40,949 nt of DNA from Chiloscyllium plagiosum (Eukaryota). The stretch lies in the NCBI RefSeq assembly GCF_004010195.1, contig NC_057719.1, positions 84,752,760 through 84,793,708 of the forward strand. The letters are read 5' to 3'. Under the pieces are notes generated by a model. That model searched no databases. It worked only from the letters and a program-made list of their open reading frames with translations, and was not told the DNA's origin. Both the position numbers and the translations under genes were made by a program. How positions within the stretch are numbered: position 1 is the stretch's first letter; the number at the start of each line of letters is the position of its first letter. Below, in pieces: positions 22,266 to 35,210 of this stretch.

Positions 22266-24629
22266 TTCATTTGCAATTACACCTTGTCTTTGATCACTGA
22301 CCAAATCAGGCAGCCTTATTCGAAGATGTGTGACTCCATTTGAAATAGTGTCCAGCTAACCTCAGTTAGTGTGTGGGAATTAAACCATACAGTGCATTGA
22401 AAACTGTATAACCAAATGAACTAACTAACACCCCGCCCCCCCCCTCAAAATGTACATAAACATCCCTAACAGTGGTTATTTGCAAATCAATCAACCCATG
22501 ACTTTCCTGTGTCTTGTGTTCTCCACACAATACAACTGCAAAACCCAACATACCTTTAATCTGAACCTCAAGGTATCATCTACCTCTGTCTTGCTACTGT
22601 TTTAAAGGTGAAATGCTGGGCCTCGATTGTTGTCTGTCTCCTCTCTTAATGCTGTCTACAAGTTAAGGGAGTAAATCAGTACTGTTTGCTACTAGCTCTA
22701 GAATAACCAAAAAGCTGCTTGATGGATGGCAAATTGTCACCTTTGGGACTCCATTCTTCATATTTTGTCACGGGTTACTTCCTTAGCTACTCCTCTCCCA
22801 AGTCACCACAAGACAGTGAGGCTGTTTACCCATAGCTGTACGTCTGGTTAGTTGGCACCAGGATGTAACCATACTCCAGGCCTGTATGTCATGCATCTGG
22901 GGGGGCAGGTCTCCTCTGAGTCAATACTATTTCAACCTGGATTTGTGAGCTACTTGATTTGTGTATGTTCCCATAAAGAGGCACTACATGGAACTTGCGA
23001 AAGAAGAGCCTATGTACTAGTAGGCTAATTGGCTTATGCACTTGGCTGTCTTTTGCAGTATGCTTGTGGGCAGAGTTGAGGGCTGAAAATGAAAGGTGTC
23101 AAGCAGACTAACCACTGCGCACAACTAATGACACTTAACATCAACTGGAGACAGACAGGAGCTGTTTAAAGGAACTCTAATTTGATGATATTTTTCTTGT
23201 AGTTCTTTAATTGCTTGAGTCTGATTTGCTCATGGCTCTGCCCTGAAATGGATCTGATCCAGTCCTTCAGTTAGTATTTACATTAAAGTTTTGGTCAAAT
23301 GTAATAATGGTTATGTAAAACCAACTTTTCATATCCATGTAAAAATGTGGCAAGGCATCCAGCAATTTCATTTAAACCTGCAATTTGTCTTTTCAAGTTT
23401 TGAAAAAAGCATCTTGAGCTGTGATTAGAAAAGACTGAAAATTTGAGAAATTCATACTCAAACCGCCTAGCCCTTGTTTCATGTGGCCCCCATCTGTTGT
23501 GGCATTTCTACAGATGCCAAAATGATAAATTCCTTACTTCTGTTTTTTTCGTATCTCCTATTCCATTTACTATTTTAGTGAAAGTCAACCCAAGTATTTG
23601 TTGCCTCATCTCTCAAATGTCTCCTCAAATCCCTTTCTCCCATCCTCAGTCTTTAGCTCCAATCCCAATTAGAAAGAATGATAGAATTGATTGTTTTGGA
23701 TTGAAACCACGCTTGCAAGTATGGTTTTGCCATCTTGTCCTCCCTGTTCTTGCCTTGTAATTCCCATCACCTTGCAATTTCTGTCCCATTTTCCCCTTGA
23801 TGTCACTACACCTCTGTCTTCACTTCAGTCAAGTCTAGTTTTCAGTTTCTAAATTTTAATGAAGATACTAACTAGAGAATTGGGCCAGATGTGTTCTGAG
23901 ACCTACCTTTAGCTTTGATCATTCGGCTTTGTGAGCTTAGTATAGTAATGTTCCTGATATCTAACATGCACAGGCATGAAATGTGCAGGTGACATGATCG
24001 TGTCAGTTATGGCTAGGACCACACAAATGTACTCTTCAGCAAAATTTAATCAAAAAGTGAGAGCAGGAGAGGGAGAGGGACGGGCGATGAAATGAACAGT
24101 TCCCAGTGTGAAGAAACCTACTTCCACTGATTGCATGTGAATTCTTGATAATGGGGACTTAATCGTAAAACTTTTCTTAGCTGATTTTGTTACTAGCTTC
24201 CTTTGCTGCAACACTGCTCCTGCCATTTTGAGTGAGCTGTTGTTAAATCCCTGCCATTTTTAACAGACCTACCTTTTACTTGATTCTAACAGCTGTCTCT
24301 TCAATTTGTGTTAGTTTAGGGTTTTAAAATATATAGTATCTTAATACTGTGTTTATCTGCTTCCTGACTTTCTCTCAGAACTGACCAAAAGCAAATAACA
24401 ATTGTGAATTATCTGACACCTTTCATGTTGAAAAGTATTTGACAGATGTAAGGAATATAGATACTGAATCAGGAGAAATTTGGTGACTTGGTAAAGCCTT
24501 TGGTTTGCCAAGTGGACTTCAAGGAAATACGAAGGAGTATGAATGGAAAGGCTAATATATTATTCTCAATCTTATAAACACTAACTTTGTGTGACAAAGT
24601 TTTGTGTGAAACCTTAATAAATTTAGTTT

Positions 24630-24889
24630 AGAGGTCTTAGATTCATTCACTAAGCTGGTGTGTTTTTTTCTGCGGATGTTTCGTTGTCTTGCTAGGTGAC
24701 ATTGTCAGTGCGTCTTCAATAAAGTGTTGGTGGTCTGTCTTGCCTGGTATTTATGTGTGTCTGTTTTTTGGTACTTCCAGTTCTGAACCAGATGCAAGGC
24801 AATGAATGTCCGCTGAGAAAAAGCACACTAGCACGTCCAACAAATATGTGACCTCATCCACAACCCGAGCTACAAATCTTTTCAAAAAC
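24630..24889. mobile_element. PLE mini-insertion (third family) with inverted segment and decayed hammerhead
   Basis: TSD TAAATTTAGTTT at 24618-24629 and 24890-24901; minus-strand GCA-CTGACAA-TGTCACC..GAAACATC; plus-strand end CCCGAGCTACAAATCTT shared with the 3' end of 28608-28793. Confidence 0.75.
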
Positions 24890-25399
24890 TAAATTTAGTT
24901 TTACTATCAAAATGTATTGCATCCACATTTCTGTCAGAGTTAGTGATTTTGTTTTAATGCCTCTATTCACAGCTAGAAGGGAAACTGCCCAGAACCTAGA
25001 TTTTCTAGTGTTTTACTAAAGGCTAATGAATTGCTTATTAGGCAAAATCAACTTTAATACCTGTTGTATGAGAATAATAGCCTTTTTTCATTTAATTCTT
25101 TTTCTAGAAGAAGCCTGTGGCAGTACTGCTAAAAGCCCAAATTTAAAACAAACTTTTTTCAAGGGGGGGGGGGGATAGACAATAGATTTTCAAAATTAAA
25201 GGACTGGTTTAATAATTTACTTTGTGACTTAAACTATCCCTTTAAAACACTAGACACATGACCATTCATGTAGAAGGCAGGCAAAATAGTTTTCCACCTA
25301 TAATACAAACAGGAATAAACAAATTCTGTCATTCCAGACCGCACAGTGTATTTCACTGTTCTTTGATTTTTTTTTTAAATGGTGATACAATGTTGTCTA

Positions 25400-26420
25400 G
25401 AGAATGATGATTTATGTTCGGTTTGCTGATCGGTGAATCTAGGGCTGAAGTCATGAGGAATTTTACCTTTTCACCTGGAGAGCAATGGTGAAGATGCTTC
25501 TTGTTTGCAGGCTCTGGATCTGTGGCTGCACTGCATTCTCAGACCTGTACTAAACTGCATCTGGACCAATTGAAAGGTGGTTGTCAGGCAGTTGTTTCGT
25601 ATCTCAGACTGCTGGCATAATTCTTTCTCAAAGTTTCAATTTTGCTGCTCCACGAAGTAACCTAGTCTTGTGTAGCTAAAATTATACGCCACACAATCCC
25701 TCTTATTCCTCAAGTTGTAGAGAAAAGAAATCTCCAGTACCTTTTAGTGATTTAACAGTGACCAACATCCATTTTTTTCAGTTTTTGGTTCAAAAGGCAA
25801 GATATGTAGTCCCTTCTAAAGTCACCTACGAACATATTCTGATGCTCGATTTCTAAGTTTGCACCGTGCCTGTGATGGTGATGACAGTTTTGTTTATTCA
25901 AAATTGTAATCTGCAAGCTTCACATGGCAAGTGCTTTCTTTGAACGGACATCTCAGTCCAATTTTATTCTTAGTTGTGCCATAATCTCAGTCCAGAATCT
26001 CCTTAATTTAGTATATTTCACAGCATTGGGATCTTAGCCTCAAAAACATCATGCACCATTGTCATGAAGAAAATGTTGCTTAATCCTCTACTCCTCCCTT
26101 TATCCTTTTCAGTCAAATCCATAGAAACAGAACAGTAGAAGAGGATTCACAATATACCTGAATATGATGTGCATATGGTGCAATCTTTCAAGTTGTTCAA
26201 ACTTTCCCAAAATCAACTAAAAATTCCAGAAATGCCCTTCAGTGTTCTTCAGGAAGTCAGAGACATGCCAAGGTGATGTAAATAGATCCACTATCCAGCA
26301 TGATGAATGCAGTTCCATGATTTTCGTCTGGCTGGAGGATTTATATTCTGTTGAATGTTCTATGCCAGTTTAATTCTGTTGATGAATGAATCATTGCTTT
26401 TCTAAAATTGCTTTCTGTAA
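25400..26420 (-). mobile_element. Possible highly decayed RTE-type LINE
   Basis: Only faint resemblance of minus-strand translations to RTE RT and C-terminus. Confidence 0.3.
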
Positions 26421-27294
26421 CAAAGTAGGGGTAAGACCACTGTGCTTGTTTTTTTCTGTCAAGATTTTTAAAAAGATAATCCGTACAGTTAAGCCACCCA
26501 TGGCATTGTGGACTTAGCTATGGCTGTCCTTCTCAGATGAAGGATTGCTCTTGCTATAGTCCTTGAACAGTGGTTAGAGAGGGAAAATAATTGGGACGAG
26601 TCACCAAATATCTGGTACATTTATCTGTCATGGTTAACCAGTCCCTTTCTTCCTGTAACCCCCAGCTGCTATCCAAGTGTGAAATGCATAATATAGGATC
26701 ACTCTTTGTGCATTTACAATTATCCAGGAAATGGAAGCAGTGCGCAGTCTCACATGACAAATACACTGCAATGGATATAATTGTGTTGCTTTACCTTACC
26801 TCTTTGTCTTCCACACCAAGTTATGAAACTGCAAATGAGATGTTAAACAGCTGCATTTAGCTGCAGAGACACAAATTCCAGAATCCTGCTGTTGTCCTGT
26901 AACTTTTATTAAAACCTTATCTTTTAAAAAACTCAGCCTACCAGTCAATCAGTAGTTTCCCTTATGCTGTCTTCATTTAGCTTTTTCTTTTGCATCTCTC
27001 CCTGAATGTGGCACTTTCTCTGGGCTCTCCACTTGAGCCTTACTCCAAGGGAATCGCTCTTTATCCTTCTCTTCTGCTTTGCTGTTCACCTTCAGAACTC
27101 CTTCAAGTCCATGCTTTCTCTTGACTCTTTGATTCTCTACTGATTCTTATTTGTACTGATTAAGGAACTGTTGGACAGTTTGATTGTTTCCCTAGGCAGT
27201 ATTTTGGTTCAGTGACTTGTCGGTACATTGAAGTATGTTACACTTCCATTTCTGAAAATGAGAGTTTAGATATTGCTCAGTAAAATGTTTGCAT

Positions 27295-27637
27295 TGATAT
27301 AGTACAATTCTCAAAACATTTCAGAGTCAACTAATACTTCTCTTTTCTTTGTTGCATTGCAAAAGGCACCTAAACTGAACATAACAAGGTCCCATAAACA
27401 ATGTGATACTATATAATTGTCTTTTGAGTTCTGTTTGTGAGAAATAGTTGTTGACAACATCTCAGAGAAAGGTTCTTGCTATTAGAAAAATTTCATGGAA
27501 TCCAGTCAAACACTCCTGCAATATGAAGCTGAAGTTTGTAAAACTAGATTGTGCTCAAGATTTTGAATAAGGGTTTGAAATCATAGCCTTCTGTACCTGG
27601 AGACAAGAATACTGCCACTCGGTGGCAGCAGACACCA
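27295..27637 (-). mobile_element. Possible decayed Deu-domain SINE (SacSINE1-like)
   Basis: tRNA-like head remnant at 27570-27637 and CAAGGTCCCATAAACAATGTGATA resembling the remembered Deu-SINE body. Confidence 0.45.
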
Positions 27638-28607
27638 AAGCAGATGACACAAAACAAATGAAATGAATAATTCTACTATCTAGATTTAAAGTAAAATGGC
27701 TTGCTTAATCAATTTCTTTCTGAGATCTTATTTTGTTCACGTTATTCATGAAAAAGGCAATTCAGCCCATTTAGTTCATGTCATTTTGTGTATGGCAATC
27801 CACTCACATCCATTCTTCCACTTGATCCTTTTAGCTCTGCAAGTATTGTTTTGCTCAAATGCTTGTTCAATTTCCTTTTGAGATCATTGATTGCTTTCAC
27901 TTTCTTCATCTTCATAATAAATAGAATGCGTATTTAAAAGTCAATATTAAGACACCTAACTTGTTGACTTTTTAAATATATTTTGTGATTCTCATTAAAA
28001 CAAACTGTAACTCATGTTAGGAATTTTTTTTGGCTGTTGATAGATTAATTTTGAAACAAATTAAGACAGTCAGCATGTTCAAACTAATTTATTGTCTTGG
28101 CTATATTAGAAACAAGACTGGTTACAACAATGAAATGTTCCTTGAGCCAAAGGCATTGAATATGTTATTGTTTTAGTTATACCACACGAGCAGTTTATTT
28201 AGAGCATAACTATATTTTTCATTAAAATAATTATTTGAAGACATGATGCCTTAAGAATGCACCTCTTCTTCTTTACATTTTTTAGGCCTTTTTGTCAAAC
28301 TCAAAATTGTTGGAAGCTACAAATGAGATATTATAGAGCTGCATCTGGCTATAGAGTCACAAATTTCAGATCATTGCTATTGTCCTTTATGATTACTTAA
28401 TGGAAACAAATCTTCTTTGACTTGAATAAACTTGTCATAATCTTGTACACTCCTTAACAATCTCCCCTTAATTTGGTCCAAAGGGAACAGCCCAGCTTCT
28501 CCTAATTAACCTTGGAGGTAAAATCCCAAGTCTCTGGAATAGCCTGGTTAATATACTCTATACCTTCTCTAGGACCTTTTACATTTGTCTTAATTTATCA
28601 TTAGCAA

Positions 28608-28793
28608 TCATTAATTTATCACTATCACTATAAATGCCGGAGGAAACATCACAGAAGCGCTTCAAATGAGGCTCCCAAGCTCTGAGGATGTCACCGAGAC
28701 AGGGGACGAAACGTCTGCAACACAAATTCCCAGCTCGGCGAACAGAACCACAACAACGAGCACCCGAGCTACAAATCTTCTCCCAAACTTGCA
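28608..28793 (+). mobile_element. PLE 3'-end mini-insertion carrying a hammerhead motif
   Basis: 13-bp TSD TTATCATTAGCAA at 28595-28607 and 28794-28806; CpG-rich relative to its flanks. Confidence 0.85.
28679..28718 (+). ncRNA. Minimal hammerhead ribozyme motif, sense to RAD51 intron 2
   Basis: GCT-CTGAGGA-T-GTC-ACCGAGACAGGG-GAC-GAAAC-GTC-TGC; core intact, U-U mismatch at the first stem I pair. Confidence 0.7.
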
Positions 28794-29113
28794 TTATCAT
28801 TAGCAAAATTGGACCCAAAAAGCTATCTCAAGCTGTCCACACACCTTGTAAAGATCAATGCATGTGAACCTCCTGTTTTCTCTATCCCTGCACACCTCTT
28901 ACAAATGTGCTATTAAGTCTTCTTCCCTGGATCAATAACTTTTCTTCAAAGCTCCTTAACTTTTCCCTCCATATTTCTAAAACCTATTAAAGATCCTACT
29001 CAATTGTATTTTTGGCATGTTTTTATTTCCGTCTTACCTCTAATTCCTTAACTGCAAGTAGCTGATTTATTGTATGCATATATTATAGCATTAATGTATT
29101 GATCAGATTTTAA

Positions 29114-29341
<228 letters not shown>

Positions 29342-30494
29342 TGAACAGTGACACCTGAAGGATCCTCTTTAAACAGCTACAAAGTATTGAAAATTCAGCA
29401 TTTCATATGCTAACTATTTCTGTAAACTTTACAGTTCACTCATTTAACACTGAAGCCAACTTATCTTGGGCGTAGCTTTAACATCAATAGTAAATTCATA
29501 CAATTAGAACAAGTACTTAATTATAAATGTTTGTCATCCCAAGTTCTTTTTTTTTTAGTTCTTTCCCATTCCTTTGGCACACTCTTCCCTTTTTTAAAAC
29601 AATTAAAACTTCCATTTGGAGGTAGAAAACTAGTAGTAAACAATTACTACAAAATATAAGCCATAAAATTGTTAATATGGTACAAATCGCCTTTATGTTG
29701 AGTTGTTATTGTTTTTAAATATAATGTATCAATGTTTGGTCTTATCTTGAAAATGATACATTTTAACATAATATGGCCAAGAGCTAGTCCATCTTCATTG
29801 TCTTAAGAGACAATTCTTTGCAACTGGGTATGTCCCCTGCGATCTACTGCTTTGGTTAAACCAACAGTAAGGAAAATAGGAACTGAAATACCACAGCATT
29901 TTAACTTCCTCTTCACATTCTGCCCTTCTTATCATCAACTATGTTTAATTTGAATTTACATACATTGTATGTTCAGAAGAACTGGTGTTAGACATATGTG
30001 GATAAGCTGGAGTATCTGTGCCTTGAGTTACAGCATTCATTTCTCACTCTGCTAGATTATCATTGAATTTTTCACAATTCTCCAAATTTCAAAATCAAGG
30101 TGAATATAGGACAAAACCCGAAGTTCAAATGTTTAATATCATCCTATCCTTGAGTGGGATGGAAAGAGGGATATAGAAGATAATTTATTTTCTGTGGAAA
30201 TGGCACTTCCCCTGGGAAACAAAGTCATCAGCTCATCATCAGCCATTCCCAACTGATTCACTTTTGTTGAAACATATGGTAACCTGAATTCACTTGCATT
30301 CTGTTCTGTAAACTGAGTTCCTCAAATAGATGTTACAGCCAGAAATGTAAATTGTTCAAACTAAATCAGTTTATTAGTTATTGGGTACAACAATTAACAT
30401 TTAGTGACCTCAAAAGTATATTGTAGTTTTTCTTGATGGAGCATAACAACACATTCACATGCTTCTAGAAGCAGCTTTTGAAACAGCACTTACT

Positions 30495-30665
30495 TGAAAT
30501 ATCTTCAAGGCAGATATTGATAAATTCTTAATCGTGCAAGGAATTAAGGGATATGGGGAGAGAGCAGGTAAGTGGCATTGAAATGCCCATCAGCCATGAT
30601 TGAATTGCAGAGTGGACTCGATGAGCTGAACGGCCTTACTTCCATTCCTATTTCTTATGGTCTTA
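30495..30665 (+). mobile_element. CR1 3' end
   Basis: FKADIDKFL..GIKGYGERAG and tail TCTTATGGTCTTA. Confidence 0.8.
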
Positions 30666-30889
30666 CTCTTTTGGAATATTTGAATTGAGATGACAGCATT
30701 TACACAATCATGATTACATATTCAAGAGTATTCTTAACACTTATTGCTCAAATAGCAACTTGTTCAGTCTGGACCAGTGGTAGCTGTTGTGCTTTTACAA
30801 TGCATAGTAAACCTAACTGCTCAATTCCATTTAATCTCCAGCCTTGATATTTATTTAAGAGCTTTCCACTCCATTATCAGTGAACTTAA

Positions 30890-32850
30890 TATTGTCAAAG
30901 CAATAAAGATGAGGAACTCTTCCATAATGTCTTGAAACACATGAAAATGGAGAAATCCCCAGGACCTGATCAAATCCTAGAACTTTGTGGAAAGCGAGGG
31001 AAGTGTTTGCTAGGCTCCTTGCTGGGATATTTGTATCATCGATAGTCACAGGTAAGGTGTCAGAATACTGGAGGTTGGCTAATGTGGTGTCACTATTTTA
31101 GAAGGGTGGTAATCAAAAGCCAGGTAACTGTGAGACTGACATCAGTGGTGGGTAAGTTGTTGGAGGGAATCCTGATAGACAGGATTTACATGTATTTGGA
31201 AAGGCAAGGACTGATTAGGAATAGTCAGCATAGCTTTGTGCATGGGAGGCCATGTCTCACGAACTTGATTGAGTTTTTTAAAGAAGTAACAAAGAGGATT
31301 GATGAGGGCAGAGCAGTAAACATGATCTATATGAACTTCAGTAAGGCGGTCGACAAGGGAGACTGGTTAGTAAGGTTAAATCTCGTGAAATACAAGGGAG
31401 AACTAGCCATTTGAATACAGAACTGGCTTGAAGGTAGAAGACAGGTGGAGGGTTGCTTTACAGACTGGAGGCCTGTGACCAGTGGTTTACCACAAGGATC
31501 AGTAGTGGATCCACTGCTTTTTGTCATTTATATAAAATGATTTGGATGTGAACAAAGGAGATATAGTAAATTTTGCAGATGACACCAAAATTGGAGATGT
31601 AGTGGACAGCAAAAAAGGTTACCTAGGACCTTGTTCAGATGGGGTAATGGGCTGAGGAGTGGCAGATGGAGTTTAATTCAGATAAATGCGAGGTGCTGCA
31701 TTTTGGAAAAGCAAATCAGAACAGAACTTGTACACTTCATGGTGAGATCTTAGGGACTGTTGCTAAACAGAGAGACCTTGGAGTGCAGGTTCATAGTTCC
31801 TGAAAGTAGAGTTGCAGGTAGATAGGGTAGTGAAGAAGGCATCTGGTATACTTTCCTTTATTGGGCAGAGCGTTGAATACAGGAGTTGGGAGGTCATGTT
31901 GCGACTGTACATGACATAGGTTAGGCTGTTTTTGGAATATTACATGCAGTTCTGGTCTCCTTCCTATTGAAAAGATGTTGTGAAACTTGAAAGGTTTCAG
32001 AAAAGATTTACAAGATATTACAAGGGTTAGAAGATTTGAGCTATAGGAAGAGGCTGAATAGGTTGAGGTTGCTTTCCCTGGAGCGTCAAAGTCTGAGTGG
32101 TGATTTTATCGAGGTTTATAAAATCATGAGGGGCATGGATAGGGTAAATAGACAAGATCTTTTCCCTGTGGTGGGGGAGTCCAGAACTAGAGTTGCAGGT
32201 AGATAGGGTAGTGAAGAAGGCATCTGGTATACTTTCCTTTATTGGGCAGAGCGTTGAATACAGGAGTTGGGCGGCACGGTGGCACAGTGGTTAGCACTGC
32301 TGCATCACAGCGCCAGAGATCCGGGTTCAATTCCCGCCTCAGGCGACTGACTGTGTGGAGTTTGCACGTTCTCCCCGTGTCTGCGTGGGTTTCCTCCGGG
32401 TGCTCCGGTTTCCTCCCACAGTCCAAAGATGTGCAGGTCAGGTGAATTGGCCATACTAAATTGCCCGTAGTGTTGGGTAAGGGGTAAATGGGTGGGTTGC
32501 GCTTCGGCGGGGCGGTGTGGACTTGTTGGGCCGAAGGGCCTGTTTCCACACTGTAAGTAATCTAATCTAATCTAATCTAATCTAGAGGGCATTAATTTAG
32601 GGTGAGAGGGGAAAGATGTAAAAGAGACCTAAGGGACAATTGTTTTTCATGCAGAGGGTAGTATATGTCTGGAATGAGCTGCCAGAGGAAGTGGTGGAGG
32701 CTGGTACAATTACAGCATTTAAAAGGCATCTGAATGGATATATGAATAGGAAGGGTTGAGAAGGTTGTGGGCCAAGTGCTGGCAAATGGGATGAGATTAG
32801 GTTAGAATATTTGGGCGTCATGGACAAGTTGAACCGAAGGGTCTGTTTGC
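30890..32850 (+). mobile_element. CR1 ORF2 RT to 3' end, decayed, with nested HE1 SINE
   Basis: LTSVVGKLLEGIL, CLTNLIEFF, PQGSVV, FADDTKIG, QMEFNSDKCEVLHFG. Confidence 0.95.
32269..32581 (+). mobile_element. HE1-type V-SINE with an 84-bp duplicated 5' extension (32188-32271)
   Basis: Canonical head, V-domain and (TAATC)n tail; CTAGAG at 32187-32192 and 32582-32587. Confidence 0.96.
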
Positions 32851-32984
32851 GTGCAGGTGTTCCTCCGGGTTAGTGTTTTCTAATCAATCTGGTCAGAGAT
32901 GTTATTGCACATCTCCGAAGCAAGTGGCCCTTGAACCTCAGCCTCATTGTAGAGACTTACTATTGTGCCACAAGAGGTTTGAGC

Positions 32985-33550
32985 TCTTCAGGATAGTGTT
33001 CTTGGTCCAATCATTTTCAGCTGCTTCATCAATGACCTTCCCTCCTTCATCGTCAGAAGTGAGGATGTCTATTATGATTGCACAATGTTCAGTCTCATTT
33101 GAAATTTCTTAGTTATTGAAGCAGACTGAGTCCATGTGTAGTCCGCATGTTGACATCCATTTACTACCGCCAAAAAGTGTGGTGCTGGAAAAGAGCCTAT
33201 CAGGCAGCATCTGAGGAGCAGGAGAGTTGAGGTTTCTTGAAACCTCAACTCTCCTGCTCATCGGATGCTGTCTGACTGGCTGTGTTTTTCCAGCACCACA
33301 CTTTTCACTCTGATCTCCAGCATCTACAGTCCTCACTTTCACCCATTTACTACCTACAACATTCCCTCCCTTTACCAGCAGCAGCAGTGTATATCATTTA
33401 TAAAATATACTGCAGCAACTCACAAAGGCTTTATCTACATACTTTCAAAGTCCTCGACCATCTCGATCTTGAAAAACAAGAGCAGCAGATGTGTGGCATG
33501 CTATCACCTACAAATTCCCTCCGGCGCCACACACCACACTGACTTAGAAC
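32985..33550 (+). mobile_element. CR1/L2-group LINE fragments (RT motif region and C-terminus)
   Basis: SVLGPIIFSCFINDLPS at ~32994-33045; 33355-33550 is homologous to 34890-35030. Confidence 0.75.
33169..33342. mobile_element. PLE fold-back mini-insertion, a palindrome centred on the hammerhead GAAAC
   Basis: TSD CCATTTACTACC at 33157-33168 and 33343-33354; perfect 21-bp arms 33216-33236 and 33239-33259 around TT, extending imperfectly to 33173 and 33305. Confidence 0.9.
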
Positions 33551-33551
33551 T

Positions 33552-34330
33552 ATAGAATCACACATTACAAAAAGGCCTTTCAGCCCACTGAGCTTGTCCA
33601 GCCAAAGATATACTGCCTGCAATAGTCTCACTTTCTGTATTGTGATAGGTTGAGAGTTATGTCACTTCAACTGTTCACCCAAGTATTTTTTAAAGCCTGT
33701 GAGGTTACCTGCCTCAACTACCCTCCCAGGCAATGCATTCTAGACCCCCAATGCGCTCTGACTGAAAACGGTTTCCTCAAGCCCCCTCTAAATCTCCTCC
33801 CTCCCAACTTAAAAGTATCCCCCATTGTTCTTGCCCCTTCAACAATGGAAAACTGCTGCTTTCAATTGATTCTGCCTGTGCCTCTGATAATCTTATGCAC
33901 CTCTGAGGTTGTTACCCGCCCCACCCCCTCACCTGATCTTTAATGCTGTAAAGTACACAACTTAAGCTACCCCACCTCTCTAAATTGCTAAAATGCGCCC
34001 TACCAAGCAGCATCCTGCTAAATCCCCTCTTTACCCCATCCAGTGCAATCACATCATTCCTATAGTGTGGTAACTAGAACTGCACAGTACTCCATCTGTG
34101 ACCTAACCAAAGTTTGTGCAACTCCAATGTAACCTCCCTACTCTTATAATCTTTGCCTTGACTGATAAAAACTTGCATCGCATATGCTACCTTAATTACC
34201 CTATTTAGCTATCCTGCTATGTTCAGGGATTTATGGACAAGCATCCCAAGATCCCCTTATTCCTCCTAGTGTCCTGCCATTCACTCATACTTCCTTGTCT
34301 CGGTAGTGCATGGTGCATCAACTATACATT
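33552..34330 (-). mobile_element. Old CR1 3' portion
   Basis: Reverse complement gives EYCAVLV-like and WNALPG-like motifs and a CR1-type tail (GGCTGAAAGGCCT). Confidence 0.75.
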
Positions 34331-34429
34331 TATCGGGACTATCAGATTAAATTACCGACACAGTAGCAGCAATGTGTAGTATCTAAACAATGCACCACAG
34401 AAATTCTTTTATAGGAAGTATATCATTAA

Positions 34430-34888
34430 GTTCAAGAGTGTTCAGAAGAGATTTACCAGGATGTTGCTGGAGATGATGTCTATGGAAAGTTTGAATTCTA
34501 AAGAGATGCTGGGACTTGTTTCTTAGTAGGAGGTTGACAGGTGATCATATAGAGGTTTATAAAATCGTGAGGGGTATAGATAGAGTTAATAATGGGTGTC
34601 TTTTCCCTAGGATGGGGCATTTCAAAAATAGGGGGCATATTTTTAAGGTGAGAGGACAAAGGGCAAATGTTTTATGCAGAATATAATGAACTTCCTGAGG
34701 AAGTGGTGTATGAGGCCATAGTTACACCATTTAAAATACACTTGGCAAAATACATGAATAGGAAAGGTTTGGAAGGATATGGGCCAGGTGCAGGCAACTG
34801 GGACTAATTTAGTTTGGGATTATGTTCAGTATCGACTAGGGTCTGTTTGGACCAAAGGGTCTGTTTCTATGTTGTATGACTATGGCTC
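34430..34888 (+). mobile_element. CR1 3' portion
   Basis: RVFRRDLPGCC/GDHIEVYKIVRGIDRV; tail TATGACTATG. Confidence 0.85.
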
Positions 34889-34889
34889 C

Positions 34890-35210
34890 ATAGGATCCTC
34901 AAACAGCACCCTCCAAACCCATAGCCACTTCCATCCAGAAGAACAAAAGCACCAGAAACATGTCAACAAACTCAACCTCAGCTTCTCCTCTAAGCCATTC
35001 ATCACACTGACTTGGAAGTATATCACCATTCCTTTGCTGTTTCTGGGTCAAAATCCTGGAATTCCCTGTCTAACGGCATTATAAGTTAAACTACAGCAAG
35101 TGGACTGCAGTGGTTCAAAAAGGCAGCTCACCACCACCTTCTCAAGAGCAACAAGGGCCTGGCAATAAATGCTGGCCAACCAGCGAAGCTCACGTCCCAT
35201 GAATAATGAG
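34890..35210 (+). mobile_element. LINE 3' end whose tail is shared with SINE family B
   Basis: SKSWNSL, FKKAAHHHLLK, then GGCAATAAATGCTGGCC..CCAGCGA..CCCATGAAT. Confidence 0.8.

Larger units (their letters stand above)
20627..22471 (-). mobile_element. Unclassified LTR-like insertion, interrupted by CR1 and HE1
   Basis: Right end reads TGTTAGGG on the minus strand; minus-strand AATAAA near the left end; no second copy to confirm. Confidence 0.3.

Noticed and set aside
26960..27240. Lys/Glu-rich minus-strand reading as an exon
   Set aside because: No recognisable homology or convincing splice sites; stops nearby
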